A DNA stretch of 64,000 nucleotides from Squalus acanthias (taxonomy: Eukaryota), in NCBI GenBank assembly GCA_030390025.1, contig CM059439.1:44888001-44952000 (forward strand). Direction: 5' to 3'. The notes beneath the pieces were generated by a model, which was not told where the DNA came from, did no database searches, and saw nothing but the letters and a program-made list of their open reading frames with translations. Below are positions 47,687 to 59,540 of the stretch, in pieces (position 1 is the first letter of the stretch; every line of letters begins with the position of its first letter). A program made the position numbers and the translations under genes.

Positions 47687-50600
47687 ATTGGACATTATTC
47701 AATTTAAGTTTCTTAATTTTAAGTTAATATTTCCCCAGAGTGACAGAAGGAAAATTATGATTTGATAAATTAACCCCTGAGCTCTTAAGCAGAGTCACAA
47801 TGGATTCTCTTCCTTCTTTTGTTATATGGAAGTTACCTTGTAAACTAATTGTAGCACTTCTGTCTCTGATGTTAAAACACTGTGTAAACCACTTAGCCTG
47901 GGAATCACTTGTTTCTGAAACTGGAAATGGAAGATAAATTGATAGAACTGAAATTGAACATTGACAAAACCTGTCAGTTCAACAATACTGCTGTTTGGAT
48001 TTTGGGATAATTTTGAAATAACAAAATGGACTCAGGCACTTTATATTGGGTTACTTTTGGGAAAATAAAAGATCCTCTAAAATAATGATAAATAAAAAGT
48101 GTTAATAATCAATATTGTACTGGACAGTAAAGTTCCTCCAGGGCTCATCAATGAGATATGAATGGTAATTAATGGGATGTGTAAAATGGAGAGAGGAAGT
48201 GATTGAGGGTGTGAGATAGAAACAGGAGAATTACACCACCAATTGGGAATTTTCCAAATATTCTAGTGAAAGTCAGGAAAGTGTAATTAAGAATAGTAAA
48301 TTGATAGCTTTCTCTTGGAGACATTTGTGTCCCTACCTATAATGAACTTTTTAAGAAAACTGAATTTGATAGCCTGGCCACTACCCAAGACATCAGAACC
48401 ATGCAGTGGAAGATGAACAAAGACCTCCAGACAATCTTTTGATAAGATCACCTGAAAGCCCGAGAAAGGCTTGTATCGGATGGCACGTGTGGTATAATAT
48501 TGCGATACCGATATGAGTGTGCAAATGTGATTTGTTACGTATGAAGCAATTACCATCTGGAAATGCGTGGTGAATTTGCACTGAAGAACGGGTCTCAGAC
48601 ATGCTCAGCTACTTGACAACAGTACGACATGAAATGGTTAATGTGGCTCAGGAGAATGAGACAACTTTTAAAGCATTGACACATACTCCATCGAGAAACT
48701 ATCAAATTAATGAAACAATCAGAATAGAGTTAAACACACTGGTACCTGTTAGAGGGATTGAAATTGAAGTTGAAGTGGAGAGTTACGTGGAATCTGGATT
48801 GGGACAATTGAGGGCTAAGGAGAAATCATGTTTAGTAAGAATTATCCACAAGATGGATACGAGTAAACGAGATCTGGAGAATCTTTTAAGTCCATGATTT
48901 GTTGATTAGATGTTAAACTGTAATGTTGCTTGAAATGATTGTAAGACTGAATTTAACTGTGACTGTAATAATTGTGTTTTGTAGGTAACAGAGCATGGGA
49001 AAAACCAGTACGAATCCAGTATGAGGTGGTTTTGGTGGTGCCTCCTGTGTCACTACTACCGCAACTACCATGCTTTCCGGGTCTAACAGGACCTGTCCCA
49101 TCAACCAACATGTTTTACTTAATATCAAAACCTATGCTCAAGTGAAACTGACAGTAAATGAGATACTTAAGAATGAGCTGCACAATTATGTGGCACAATT
49201 CGGATACAACATTCCCCTGTTGTCTAAGGGTTTCAGTGAGCTCATGATGCGACTGAACCCCTCTCTAAAGCATTTTATGTTTTGGAGCAAGACAACTCGA
49301 GAATAGATATTGAAATTGACAGCATAAGGGATGATTCACACTGCTGGGATATTGAGCTTAATACATCAGTACACCCTTAGGTTTGTATTATTTCATACGC
49401 TCTGGTAGTTCTCCAACTTGTAATGATAGTGTATTTGATATATGTAACCTATGTAGTAAGACTTTGATACATAAGCCAATTGTGTACTCATGCCTATGAC
49501 TAACCAGCACTAACAAATTAATTGAAAACACCGAAAGAGAAGATCCAAAGAAATGTAGAGGAGACCCCAGGCTGGGTAACATCAGGAAAGATAAAAGAAA
49601 CAGACGATACCCCAGGCGGGGCAGAATTGGAACACCGGAACAGTGAATTGAATTTAAGTAAGGGGTCAGATCAGGGCCGTTACTGCCAGATCGTATGATG
49701 CAGCAATAGCAGCAGCGGGCAGAGGAGAAAGGATAGACTGGGACATACTAGAAGGCAAGACATATCAGCACGGCCAACATGATGGTTGGGGAGACCCCGG
49801 GGTGTCCCTCAGCCATGACGATAGGGGGTTGGCCCCTGGGAGTGTCATAGTTAGCCCCCAGGCCTATAATGAAAACGGGGATTAAAGCTCATTTGAGAAG
49901 CGCTCCGTTCCCCTCAATTAGAGGACTCCAATTTGCAGCAACGCTTGTCAGAAAATAGATTGAAATCGTCGAGGAATCAATGTTTAAAACATTTCATCCT
50001 CGAGGTGGGAAAGGCTGATATTTAGATTAGTAGACGAGAATCATATACATATAAATTCAAGTATAGCCATTGACCAAATAATATTACCCATAATTACTCC
50101 TGGGTAACTAAAAAGCTAAGACTTGTTCAAAATGCATCTGCAAAGACAGTCAAAAGCAGTTTTCACTAAGGTTTGATAACAAACAGCCACAGGCTGCGAG
50201 TGAAGGTTAAATTGCTAAGTAACATATTATGATACTAAGTAGAAATTAGAATTCACTTAACAAAACTAATTGCAAAGATATTTTAAAAATAATTAGTATA
50301 AGGACATAAAATGAGAGAGACCATGGAGATAAGGTACTTATCTGGTAGATTAAAGTGAGATAGTCTGGATACCTCAAGATTAGTGAAACAGCGCTGATAT
50401 GGGCCCTTGGTATAAAGGCCTTGTACCAGGGGAGGCAGGAAATGAAAGAGGTATGGTAAATTCCAATGGCATCAAAAACTATAAACAAGATAACAAGACA
50501 GCAGAATAGGATTGACAGAAAAATACTGGAAAGGCGGGATGCTACCTTAATCTGAGTGACAATGGTATTTTGACCATTAGAACCAATTAAAAAAGGTGAT

Positions 50601-50907
50601 TTTGTTAAAGACCATATATGGACACTGGCCAAACCAACTTTTGATAAGAAAAGGGTTAAAACCTCGATACTCAAAGAACAATTTTACACAGACGTACTGC
50701 GAGAACAAAGGAACAGACTTAAGACGACGTCATCTGTGTCCGAGAGGTTCCAGAGACCAAGAGCTGTGAGCTACTCAATAAAACTATCGCCTAATGTTAA
50801 GTATATTACGCTGTAAGCTTAATAAATCATGATCTGTTTGCTCAAACATACTGGTTGCTGTCTATTGGTGTCTTGTCCAAGAACTCAGAGATCACTAAGA
50901 TCTTACA

Positions 50908-52300
50908 GCACTGTTGTGCTCCAGTGTTGTGTTTGTGCACGGTTGTGTTTCAGCATTGTGTTCATACACAGTTGTGTTTCAGTGTTGTGTTTGTCCACAG
51001 TTGTGTTTCAGTGTTGTGTTTGTGCACAGTTGTGTTTCAGTGTTGTGTTTGTGCACAGTTGTGTTTCAGTATTGTGTTTGTCCATGGTTGTGTTTCAGTA
51101 TTGTGTTTGTCCACAGTTGTGTTTCAGTATTGTATTTGTCCACAGTTGTGTTTCAGTATTGTATTTGTCCACGGTTGTGTTTCAGTATTGTGTCCGTACA
51201 CAGTTGTGCTTCAGTGTTGTGTTTGTGCACAGTTGTGTTTCAGTATTGTGTTTGTGCACAGTTGTGTTTCAGTATTGTGTTCGTGTACAGTTGTGTTTCA
51301 GTATTGTGTTCGTGTACAGTTGTGTTTCAGTATTGTGTTCGCGTACAGTTGTGTTTCAGTATTGTGTTTGTCCACAGTTGTGTTTCAGTATTGTGTTTGT
51401 ACACAGCTGTGTTTCAGTGTTGTGTTTGTACACAGTTGTGTTTCAGTGTTGTGTTTGTGCACAGTTGTGTTTCAGTGTTGTGTTTGTGCAGTTGTTCTTC
51501 AGTATTTTGTTTGTGCACAGTTGTGTTTCAGTATTGTGTTCGTACACAGTTGTGTTTCAGTATTGTGTTTGTCCACAGTTGTGTTTCAGTATTGTTTGTA
51601 CACAGTTGTGTTTCAGTATTGTGTTTGTACACAGTTGTGTTTCAGTATTGTGTTTGTGCACAGTTGTGCTTCAGTATTGTGTTTGTGCACAGTTGTGTTT
51701 CAGTATTGTGTTTGTGCACAGTTGTTTTAGTATTGTATTTGTCCACAGTTGTGTTTCAGTATTGTATTTGTCCACAGTTGTGTTTCAGTATTGTGTTTGT
51801 ACACAGTTGTGTTTCAGTATTGTGTTCGTACACAGTTGTGTTTCAGTATTGTGTTTGTCCACAGTTGTGTTTCAGTATTGTGTTTGTGCACAGTTGTGTT
51901 TCAGTATTGTGTTTGTGCACGGTTGTGTTTCAGTATTGTATTTGTCCACAGTTGTGTTTCAGTGTTGTGTTTGTCCACAGTTGTGTTTCAGTGTTGTGTT
52001 TGTGCACGGTTGTGTTTCAGTGTTGTATTTGTGCACGGTTGTGTTCCAGTGTTGTATTTGTGCACGGTTGTGTTCCAGTGTTGTGCACGGTTGTGTTCCA
52101 GTGTTGTATTTGTGCACGGTTGTGTTCCAGTATTGTATTTGTCCAGTGTTGTGTTTGTGCACGGCTGTGTTCCAGTGTTGTGCACGGCTGTGTTTCAGTA
52201 TTGTATTTGTCCAGTGTTGTGTTTGTGCACGGCTGTGTTTCAGTATTGTGTTTGTGCACAGTTGTGTTCCAGTGTTGTGTTTGTGCACGGCTGTGTTCCA
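50908..52300. repeat. 29-bp satellite, block 3, abutting the TM2D1 promoter
   Basis: Same unit as blocks 1 and 2, with shorter variant units at the 3' end. Confidence 0.95.
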
Positions 52301-52412
52301 TTGCCGGGTCTGTGTGGAGTGACAGGTGTCGGAAGCCTCTGGTGCTGTGCTTCCTCTCGCGCTGTAAACAGAAGTCTCACTGACACGTGATCGGAGTCCA
52401 AGATGGCGTTGC
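52300..52412 (+). promoter_or_regulatory. TM2D1 core promoter / 5' UTR
   Basis: Short CpG-containing stretch with ETS-like CGGAAG (~52330), E-box CACGTG (52384-52389) and YY1-like CAAGATGGCG overlapping the ATG. Confidence 0.55.
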
Positions 52413-52518
52413 CCAGGGAGAGTTTGTTGCTGCGGTTGTTCGCCGGGTTTTTGTGTTTTTGTTTCTTAAACGCTGTTTCTGATGATATCGATAAATGTGA
52501 CGAACTACGACTCGGGCA
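52403..52518 (+). CDS. TM2D1: TM2D1 exon 1 (signal peptide MALPRESLLLRLFAGFLCFCFLNAVS, then DDIDKCDELRLG)
   Basis: ATG in good context and a hydrophobic leader. C..L..GQ continues into YIC..PKIND of exon 2. The exon ends at the U12 donor ATATCCTTT. Confidence 0.92.
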
Positions 52519-53275
52519 ATATCCTTTACTCTGTGGTTATTTTTCTGTTATTAAATAAATTGGTTGCCGAGGCAGCCAAGAGTAATAGAAAAGCTGCACC
52601 AGTGTTTTAGTTACAGGGACAGTTGAGGACAAGAGTCTCATCTTCCAATAATTAGGAATCAGAACTCACGGCCAACACCGGAGAAACGGCAGGAGGGAGA
52701 TTGATGCATGTTTTTTAAAAAGTGACAAGTCATAAACTCAGTTTATTTTTCCGTGATCCGTCAGTAAATAGGTCACACTTTTTAAACCAACATGAGTAAT
52801 TCACTGTAAATAAGGGGATTGTACTGGTCTGATTTGTCTTCGTGATCATTGCAGTACATTCGTGTGAGGCTGTTGATTGTATTAACGCGATGGCAGTGAA
52901 CGTATATACTGATGTGGATAACTAGCTTTGCATCCTTTCATTACTAACTGCACAGCCAACGAGTGTTGGAGAGAGTAACAGTGGTCTTTTTCGTTTTTTC
53001 GTACTCATCACAATACACATTTGGGCTTTATATGCCCAATTTTGCTAATGCGTCAGGTTCAGTGATGAACTGAACTGCGTGGTTCAGTGGGGATATATTT
53101 AGGTTTATTTCTTGAGATTTACCTAACTTGTTTATATTGCAGTACATTAACAATTTCCTGTACACTGCTAACTTTGTATTGATACTATTATTGACTTTCA
53201 ATTTTAACGATAAACATAAAATATATATATATATATATAATTTTAGAAATGTTTCCTTAATGTTTGATTTTGTAC
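52519..53275 (+). other. TM2D1: U12-type (minor spliceosome) AT-AC intron
   Basis: 5' site ATATCCTTT, branch point TTCCTTAAT (53253-53261), and 3' end ...TGTAC. Splicing restores CA|A = Gln in frame. Confidence 0.92.
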
Positions 53276-53349
53276 ATATATCTGTGATGCTCCCAAGATA
53301 AATGATGTAACACAAGAACCAGAAAATTGCACGAATGATACAGCTTTTG
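53276..53349 (+). CDS. TM2D1: TM2D1 exon 2 (YICDAPKINDVTQEPENCTNDTAF)
   Basis: 74 nt, resembles TM2D1 YICKDPKINDATQEPVNCTN. Donor g|gtacat. Confidence 0.93.
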
Positions 53350-53671
53350 GTACATTTTCATTTCTTACTAATTATAATATGAAGGTTCTGAGTTCAAGGG
53401 CATGTGACTTGTTCCCTTGCTCTTATTAATATCACTGGCCTACCTCCTGCAATGTGTCTGAACAGCTTGGGTTTGGCCTCCCTCCCATGGGATTCTTTGT
53501 GTACCTTCTGTTGGATAAATCCTTTACCCATTAAACAGATTTGTACAAATAGAGACAGTAATATGTTTGATTCACTTAATTTATTATTGACAAAACATTA
53601 ATCTTAAACACCCTAAACAAAAAGAGTAGCACACATTATAATGTCCTGCGTCTAAAACTTGCTATGTATCA

Positions 53672-54108
53672 GTGTCAGCTGTGGCTCAGTGGGTAGCACT
53701 CTCGCCACTTCGAACTAAGTCAGAAGGTTGTGGATTCAAGTCCCACTTCAGAGACTTAAGCACAAAAATCTGGCATTGTCGGAGGTGCCGTCTTTCAGAT
53801 GAGACATTAAACCTGTCTGCTCTCTCAGGTGGATGTAAAAGATTCTGTGGCACTATTTCAAAGAAGAGTAGGGGAGTTATCCCTAGTGTCTTGGCCAATA
53901 TTTATCCCTCAATCAATATCACTGAAACAGGTTATCTGGTCATTTTCACATTGCTGTTTGTGGGAGCTTGCTGTGCGCAAATGGGCTGCCGCTTTTCCTA
54001 CATTACAACAGTGACTACACTTCAAAAAAAAAAGTACTTCATTGGCTGTAAAGTGCTTTGGGACGTCTGGTGGTCGTGAACAGTGCTATATAAATGCAAG
54101 TCTTTCTT
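53672..54108 (+). mobile_element. tRNA-derived DeuSINE (SacSINE1-like), near full length
   Basis: A-box GTGGCTCAGTGG and B-box GGATTCAAGTCCC, a Deu-domain-like core (ctctcaggtggatgtaaaagat...gggagcttgctgtgcgcaaat), and an L2-like tail. Confidence 0.8.
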
Positions 54109-54659
54109 TATGCGTTGATTTAATGAGGACCCGAGAAGATGGCTTCTCCAAGCCTGTTCACGCTACAGGGTCTCAAAGGCAGCAGCAGTCTTTCTTTCCG
54201 TCTAACTAAGTAAAAACAATCTTTATTTTATCTGATTTTCTTTTATGGTTCTCTTCCTGTTGGATACAACCCTATCTAATGCTTTATGAGCGTCCAGTTG
54301 TTCAAACAGATTGCAAAACGGAGATGAGAGGCCCCATTCCTTTTCACACCATACTTCGTATGTTGCTTCCTGTCATTGCTTTTACTGAGTCATAGCTTTG
54401 TTGTAAACAATCTTTTGATCTTCTCATAGGAGCACATTACCTTGCATTTCCAATAAATTGTTTGCTTTCCTAATGCTACGTTTGTGTTCTGTGTGGTTCA
54501 TGATATTAACATTAAGCGCACCTTCAGTAACTTGTGTACATAGAAGTACATAGAACTTGCAACACAGAAATGGGCCCAACTAGTCTGCATTGCACAATAG
54601 CAAAATACTGCGGATGCTGGAAAACTGAGATAACAACAGAAAGCGCTGGAAAAACTATT

Positions 54660-54694
54660 CTGACGAAGGGTCTTCGACCTGAAACGTTAACTCT
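54660..54694 (+). ncRNA. Minimal hammerhead motif in a 165-bp Penelope-type insertion (54593-54757)
   Basis: CTGACGA-AGGGTC(TTC)GACCT-GAAA-CGT-T-AACTCT, with 27-bp perfect inverted arms. TSD tagtctgcattg at 54581-54592 and 54758-54769. Confidence 0.65.
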
Positions 54695-54886
54695 GTTTCT
54701 CTCTCCACGGATGTTGCCTGGCCTGCTGAGTTTTTCCAGCGCTTTCTGTTGTTATTTTAGTCTGCATTGGCGTTTACCCTCCACGCAAGCAAATAGTTTA
54801 ATCCCATTTACCAATCCTGTTCCCCATATTCCTTCAACCCCTTTTCTTTCATGCATCTATCCAATCTAGTCTTGAATGTTGATATA

Positions 54887-55218
54887 CAGGAAACTTTCGT
54901 TTATCCGGCACCCTAATATCCGGAATTCTCGCTTAACCGGCAAAAATCAGGTAAGTTTTATTATACAGACAAGACCCCGATTCTGACCATTCGACCCCAC
55001 GAAAGGGGGGTCAACGTTCTTCCGACTCCGACCTGTCGCCGCCACGGAGGAAAAAGCCGGAGTCCCGTTTACCTTCCCTCTCCGGGTCCCAATTGTTCAG
55101 CCTGTGGCCGTGTACGGGGCTCTCGTACCTTGGTAAGTATACCTCTCTGTAATCCGGCACATTCGATCAACCGGCACCACGCCGGTCCCGTCGGTGCCGG
55201 ATAAACGAAAGTTTCCTG
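54887..55218. mobile_element. Tc1/mariner (Tigger/pogo-like) MITE, 332 bp
   Basis: Perfect 26-bp TIRs CAGGAAACTTTCGTTTATCCGGCACC, TA on both flanks. It interrupts an old CR1 fragment. Confidence 0.9.
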
Positions 55219-55863
55219 TAGTTTCTACTGCCACTTCTGACCCTGGAAGTGAATCTTCGGCCTCGCAACACTCTTTGTAAAGAAGTTTCTATTGCCCTCT
55301 GTTCTAAATCTCTTGCATTCAATCTTGTACCAACAGCCTCTCATCATAAAACATTGTCAGCAGGGAAATGTTCCTGATATGGAAGGGATATTAACACGAG
55401 CTGTATCCTCAGTAACTCGTGCAACGTTGCCAGTGAGAAACTGATGTAATGATTTTCCTAAATTGTCCATTAAATTTCACTGTTCATATTTACTTTTTTG
55501 TGCAAATTGTAGCTATTGCAGTTGAAGATTGATAAGTACAGAACTAATTGGCCAAGAAATATTATTGCTGGGTTCGAAGTTGGATAAAATGAACAGGTTG
55601 TACATTGAGATATTACAGCATGAATTTAATCAGTCTCCATTGTCAATCACTTTGCTGATCATTCACCAGCTCACGTAACATTTAGGTGTAGAAATACAAT
55701 ATTTAAAGTGTATCAGTTTTCAGAGACATTACCATGTACATAATAGCTAAACAATGAAAAACTAAATTACTGAACTTAATGTGTACTTAACTGTTCATGA
55801 ATATAAAGTGAAATTCTCCATAATTTAGTTACTATCTCTGGTTTCTTTTGGTTTTATTTCTAG

Positions 55864-55972
55864 TTCCTTGTATGCCGGCTCCTAATATCACCTGCAAAAA
55901 TGATAGCGGGATTGTAAACACTTTCAGTGGAAAGGAAGTAGGTTTCTATAAGCCCTTTTCATGCCGTAATGT
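55864..55972 (+). CDS. TM2D1: TM2D1 exon 3 (VPCMPAPNITCKNDSGIVNTFSGKEVGFYKPFSCRNV)
   Basis: 109 nt, tag acceptor and gtaagt donor, resembling TM2D1 CFPAPNITCK...EVGFFKPISCRNV. The TM2-domain exons were not found in the window. Confidence 0.94.
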
Positions 55973-58900
55973 GTAAGTATTTCACTATTGTGCCATACCG
56001 TAAAAATATTTTGGCTCTATATACTATCAGTTTAGTTTTAAAACATTGCATTTACGTAGTGTCTAATTATGTCATAACCATTATTGAAGCGGAGTCCATA
56101 GTTGTTTATTTTTAAAAGTCAGTCGATAGTTGCTTGAAAGAGGAATGTTAAAGTTTATGGGGTTAAACTTTGTTCCATTGGAGAAAAATACCATTTGTCG
56201 GCCAAATGGCCTGTTTCCGTGCGGTAACATTCTATAAATTACTTTGAACTACTATGTAGGTAAACATGGTGGCATTTTGCACATAGCAAGATCCCACAAA
56301 CAGCAGTATTCAGAATGATCAGTTAGTCTGTTGAACAAGGAATGTTGGTTGGGGCACTGAGAACTCCTTGCTATTCTTAACTTCATGCTCTTTTATGTCC
56401 ATTTACACCATTAAATGGAACCTCAAACACAGTAACTAGGGATTTCCTGAAAATTACTAATTTACCCCGAATTACTAATTTTAGCCCATCTATTATCTGA
56501 CGTATTTAATGACATTTCTTTTGTATAACACTAAAATGTTAAAGTTACTATTTATCCTATTGTTTGCTAAATCCCTAGCAGTAACTTTTAACAAAAAGGC
56601 AAAATAATAAAATAAATTCTATAATGTAACATTCATTTAGCAACCTGTTGTTTGTTGTGCTCTCTCATTTTTTTGAATGATGTGGTTCTGAAGGTACTTT
56701 TTTTTAACTTGATTTGGATCTTTTCGCTTTCTTTTGCTTCTTCAGAATGTACTAGAGCAGAAAATTGTGTTAACCCTATCAGCCCGATCAATAAAATTAT
56801 GTAAAACACACCTAGAGACAGACTTGAAGTAAATGTATAGAATTTTGGTCTGGGCCTGGAGTGACTGTGTTGGACAAGCCAGAGATGAGCTTGCAAATGC
56901 AAAAGCTGCAGTGCTAACCTTGCCATCAGCTGCTTTTTTTAAAAAAAAGGTAGCAAAATGTTGCAGCCACAGAGACCACTTTAATGAAGCGAGACAGTTC
57001 ACAATGTTCACCCTTGCCGTTACAGAAAAGTTAGAATTCCTGTGTCCTAATGTGTGGTTCAACAAGTGATAGTTAAATATACACTTAAAACTCTGTGTGA
57101 AAGCAATTGGGAGTTTCAAAGGCAGGCGGACTGATGTCTGAAACTTTACTACTGATATTCTATCTGCCCCAAGAACTGGATTGAGACTGCCCAAACTCAT
57201 TCCACATAGGACCCTTACAGCCAGCAGACAGAGGAGACATTTCCTTCTCATTACTTTTGGCTGGATTATAAAAGACAGTTACTGTCTGAGCACATGCAGC
57301 TTCTCTCATTCTCTTCTTCCAATGCCAAAAAAACTCAGAGAAACTCTAATTGCAATCTCCACTTTATCAGAGTTTTTTTTTAGCAAGTAAGACTACTTCA
57401 ATTCCTATTTAAGATACCACTTCCTGGACCAGGCTTTAACAACTCTGACCTTTGTGTTCATTATGGGCGGGATTTATCCTGCTGCAAAGAATAGAATTTT
57501 GCACCTTACCTCAGTTGTATCTGATTGACTAACATCAAATTAAATATTAAAATGATGCAGTTTACAACAGCCAAATGGGCCACCTGTAAATTGCTGCACA
57601 GCACAAGTTGATCAGGAATGCAGCGAAATGGATCCCTTCCTGATTTCCCTGCTCCTGCACACATGTTCCATGTCACCAGAATTTCTACCCCATGTGTTAA
57701 TATAGCCATCTCCTGCGTGTGAAAAGCTTATAAAAGAATTGCCATCTCCAAAAGATTTTTTTTGGAAACTCAACTACCTCACCTCCTGGACTAAGCTTAA
57801 GTTTTTCTCCCCTTTATGCCTATTGTTTATGGTAGGCATTGTGCATAACATAATCCCACACCAGAGTCGTTAATTAATGTGCATTAGTAGTGCCATAACC
57901 CATGCATATATTAAACTAGCTATGTAATTATTCCTTACCAGGGCTATTTTCTGTTAATATTTTATTTATTCATTTTGGTGCAATGAACTGGAACAATTTT
58001 TATTTGTTGTTATACATCATGGGAACTCTATCACAATATTCAGTTGCAGTCTACACAAAACCAGAAGTCATGCACTTGCGATTGTAATGCTTATTAAGGT
58101 CTGCTCATTTGATAATTTGTGCAAGATGAAGGGTAGGGAGAATACAACTGACAGATCCGTAACTGAATTAAATTTGTGCTGACAGCTTCAACTTCTGAGA
58201 GTACACTTGTGAACTGTCACAGGCAATAAGTGTGAAGGTCAGCATGATTCAGTTGATTGTAGCTTGTTTTTCTCGTGTCTAAGAATTCAACGGGAACATG
58301 TCTGATCCATTTCTTCCACATTCTGAGTCTAGGGACACTTAGGTCAATTGCAGTACCACAAATGCTGTTTGTTGGATCTTGCTGTGCATACATTGGCTGT
58401 CGTGTTTGCCTGCACTTCAAAAGTAATCCATTGGCTATGGTATGATTTAGAATGTTATGCGGATATGCTACGGTGTTATTGAAATGCTATTTCTCTTTAA
58501 CTGGCAACGTGGTTGAGATCAACTGTGCTGACTGATTTGCTAGCTGGGAGTATCAGCAGGCTGGTGCTCACTGTCAGACTATCACAGCCAAGAATGATCC
58601 TGTTCTCACCTGGTGCCCACAGGCATACACTTTACAACAGGGCTCACAATATAGTGATCATGAGTTGGTAGCCCTGGCTAATTTATTTTCTCCCCTCTCT
58701 ATCCCAACGGTGCTGAGGCCATTTTACAAAGATCGCCGACTTCATCATAGACCCGGGACCTTCTGGTCCATATGGTTTAGTACCACAATATATGCTGCAT
58801 TTAATTGACTAGCCAATGGAGGACCTTACACTATAACTAAAGAGAAAAATACATTGAGGCATTTAAAAAAAAAAAATCAGTGCTAGCCAATAATTTTCCA

Positions 58901-59099
58901 TCCTTTCGTTCAGAACAATTGCAAAATGAAGGGCTTGGAAAGAAAAGTGAGAAGGAAATCATAAAGAAATGGGCTTTGTTTTGAAGATATGTTATGTCTG
59001 AGATATAAAAATAAAACATCATTATGTTTTATTAAAGTGTTAATTGGTCACGCCTGTCTTGACTGAATATAGAAATACAGATCTTGCATTGATACATTG

Positions 59100-59540
59100 A
59101 TAGTAGAACTGACTAAGGAAGTGTATAGCATCCTTTAACATAGGAAAGCAACCCAGAAGGGTAAATCAGACAAAAATTGCCACCAAGCCAAAGAAGGAGA
59201 TACTAGAAGGGGTGACTAAAAGATTAGTCAAAGAGGTAGGTTTTTAGGTGGAACTTGAGGAGGAGGAGGAGGGAGAGGCAGAGAGGGGAGAGGCAGAGAG
59301 GTTTAGGGAGGGAATTCCAGAGTTTGAGGCCTCGACAGCTGAAGGCATGGCTGCTAATGTTGGAGTGAAAGAAGTGGGTGATGCATAAAAGTCTAGAGTT
59401 GGAGGAGCAGAGAGTTAGAGGGCTGGAGGATGTTACAGAGATATGGAGGAGTGGGCAAATAAAGGGATTTGGACACTTGGATGAGAATTTTAAATTGGAG
59501 GCGTTTGAGGACCGGAAGCCAATTTAGGTCATTGAGCAAT
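59100..59540 (-). mobile_element. L2 LINE 3' fragment
   Basis: Similar to 9630-10070 (gtcaaagaggtaggtttt...gtttagggagggaattccagag). Confidence 0.7.

Larger units (their letters stand above)
44543..50907 (+). mobile_element. LTR retroelement / ERV-like provirus, non-autonomous (LTRs ~44543-45445 and ~50010-50907)
   Basis: Two ~900-bp direct repeats end in CTTACA with AATAAA near their 3' ends. PBS at 45449-45466, purine-rich GAGGTGGGA before the 3' LTR. No pol motifs are recognisable internally. Confidence 0.9.

Noticed and set aside
50829-52390. Cys/Val-rich ORFs (also at 41257-41809 and 44093-44568), and a possible CRISPR-like periodicity
   Set aside because: This is a 29-bp satellite with contiguous units and no unique spacers, in a vertebrate context with no cas genes.
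53672-53750. tRNA gene
   Set aside because: The A and B boxes belong to the SINE head. There is no full cloverleaf, and the sequence continues into the SINE body.
56742-57251. Minus-strand ORF containing LGADR, resembling the TM2 domain motif
   Set aside because: It is on the wrong strand for TM2D1 and the surrounding residues do not match. Treated as chance.
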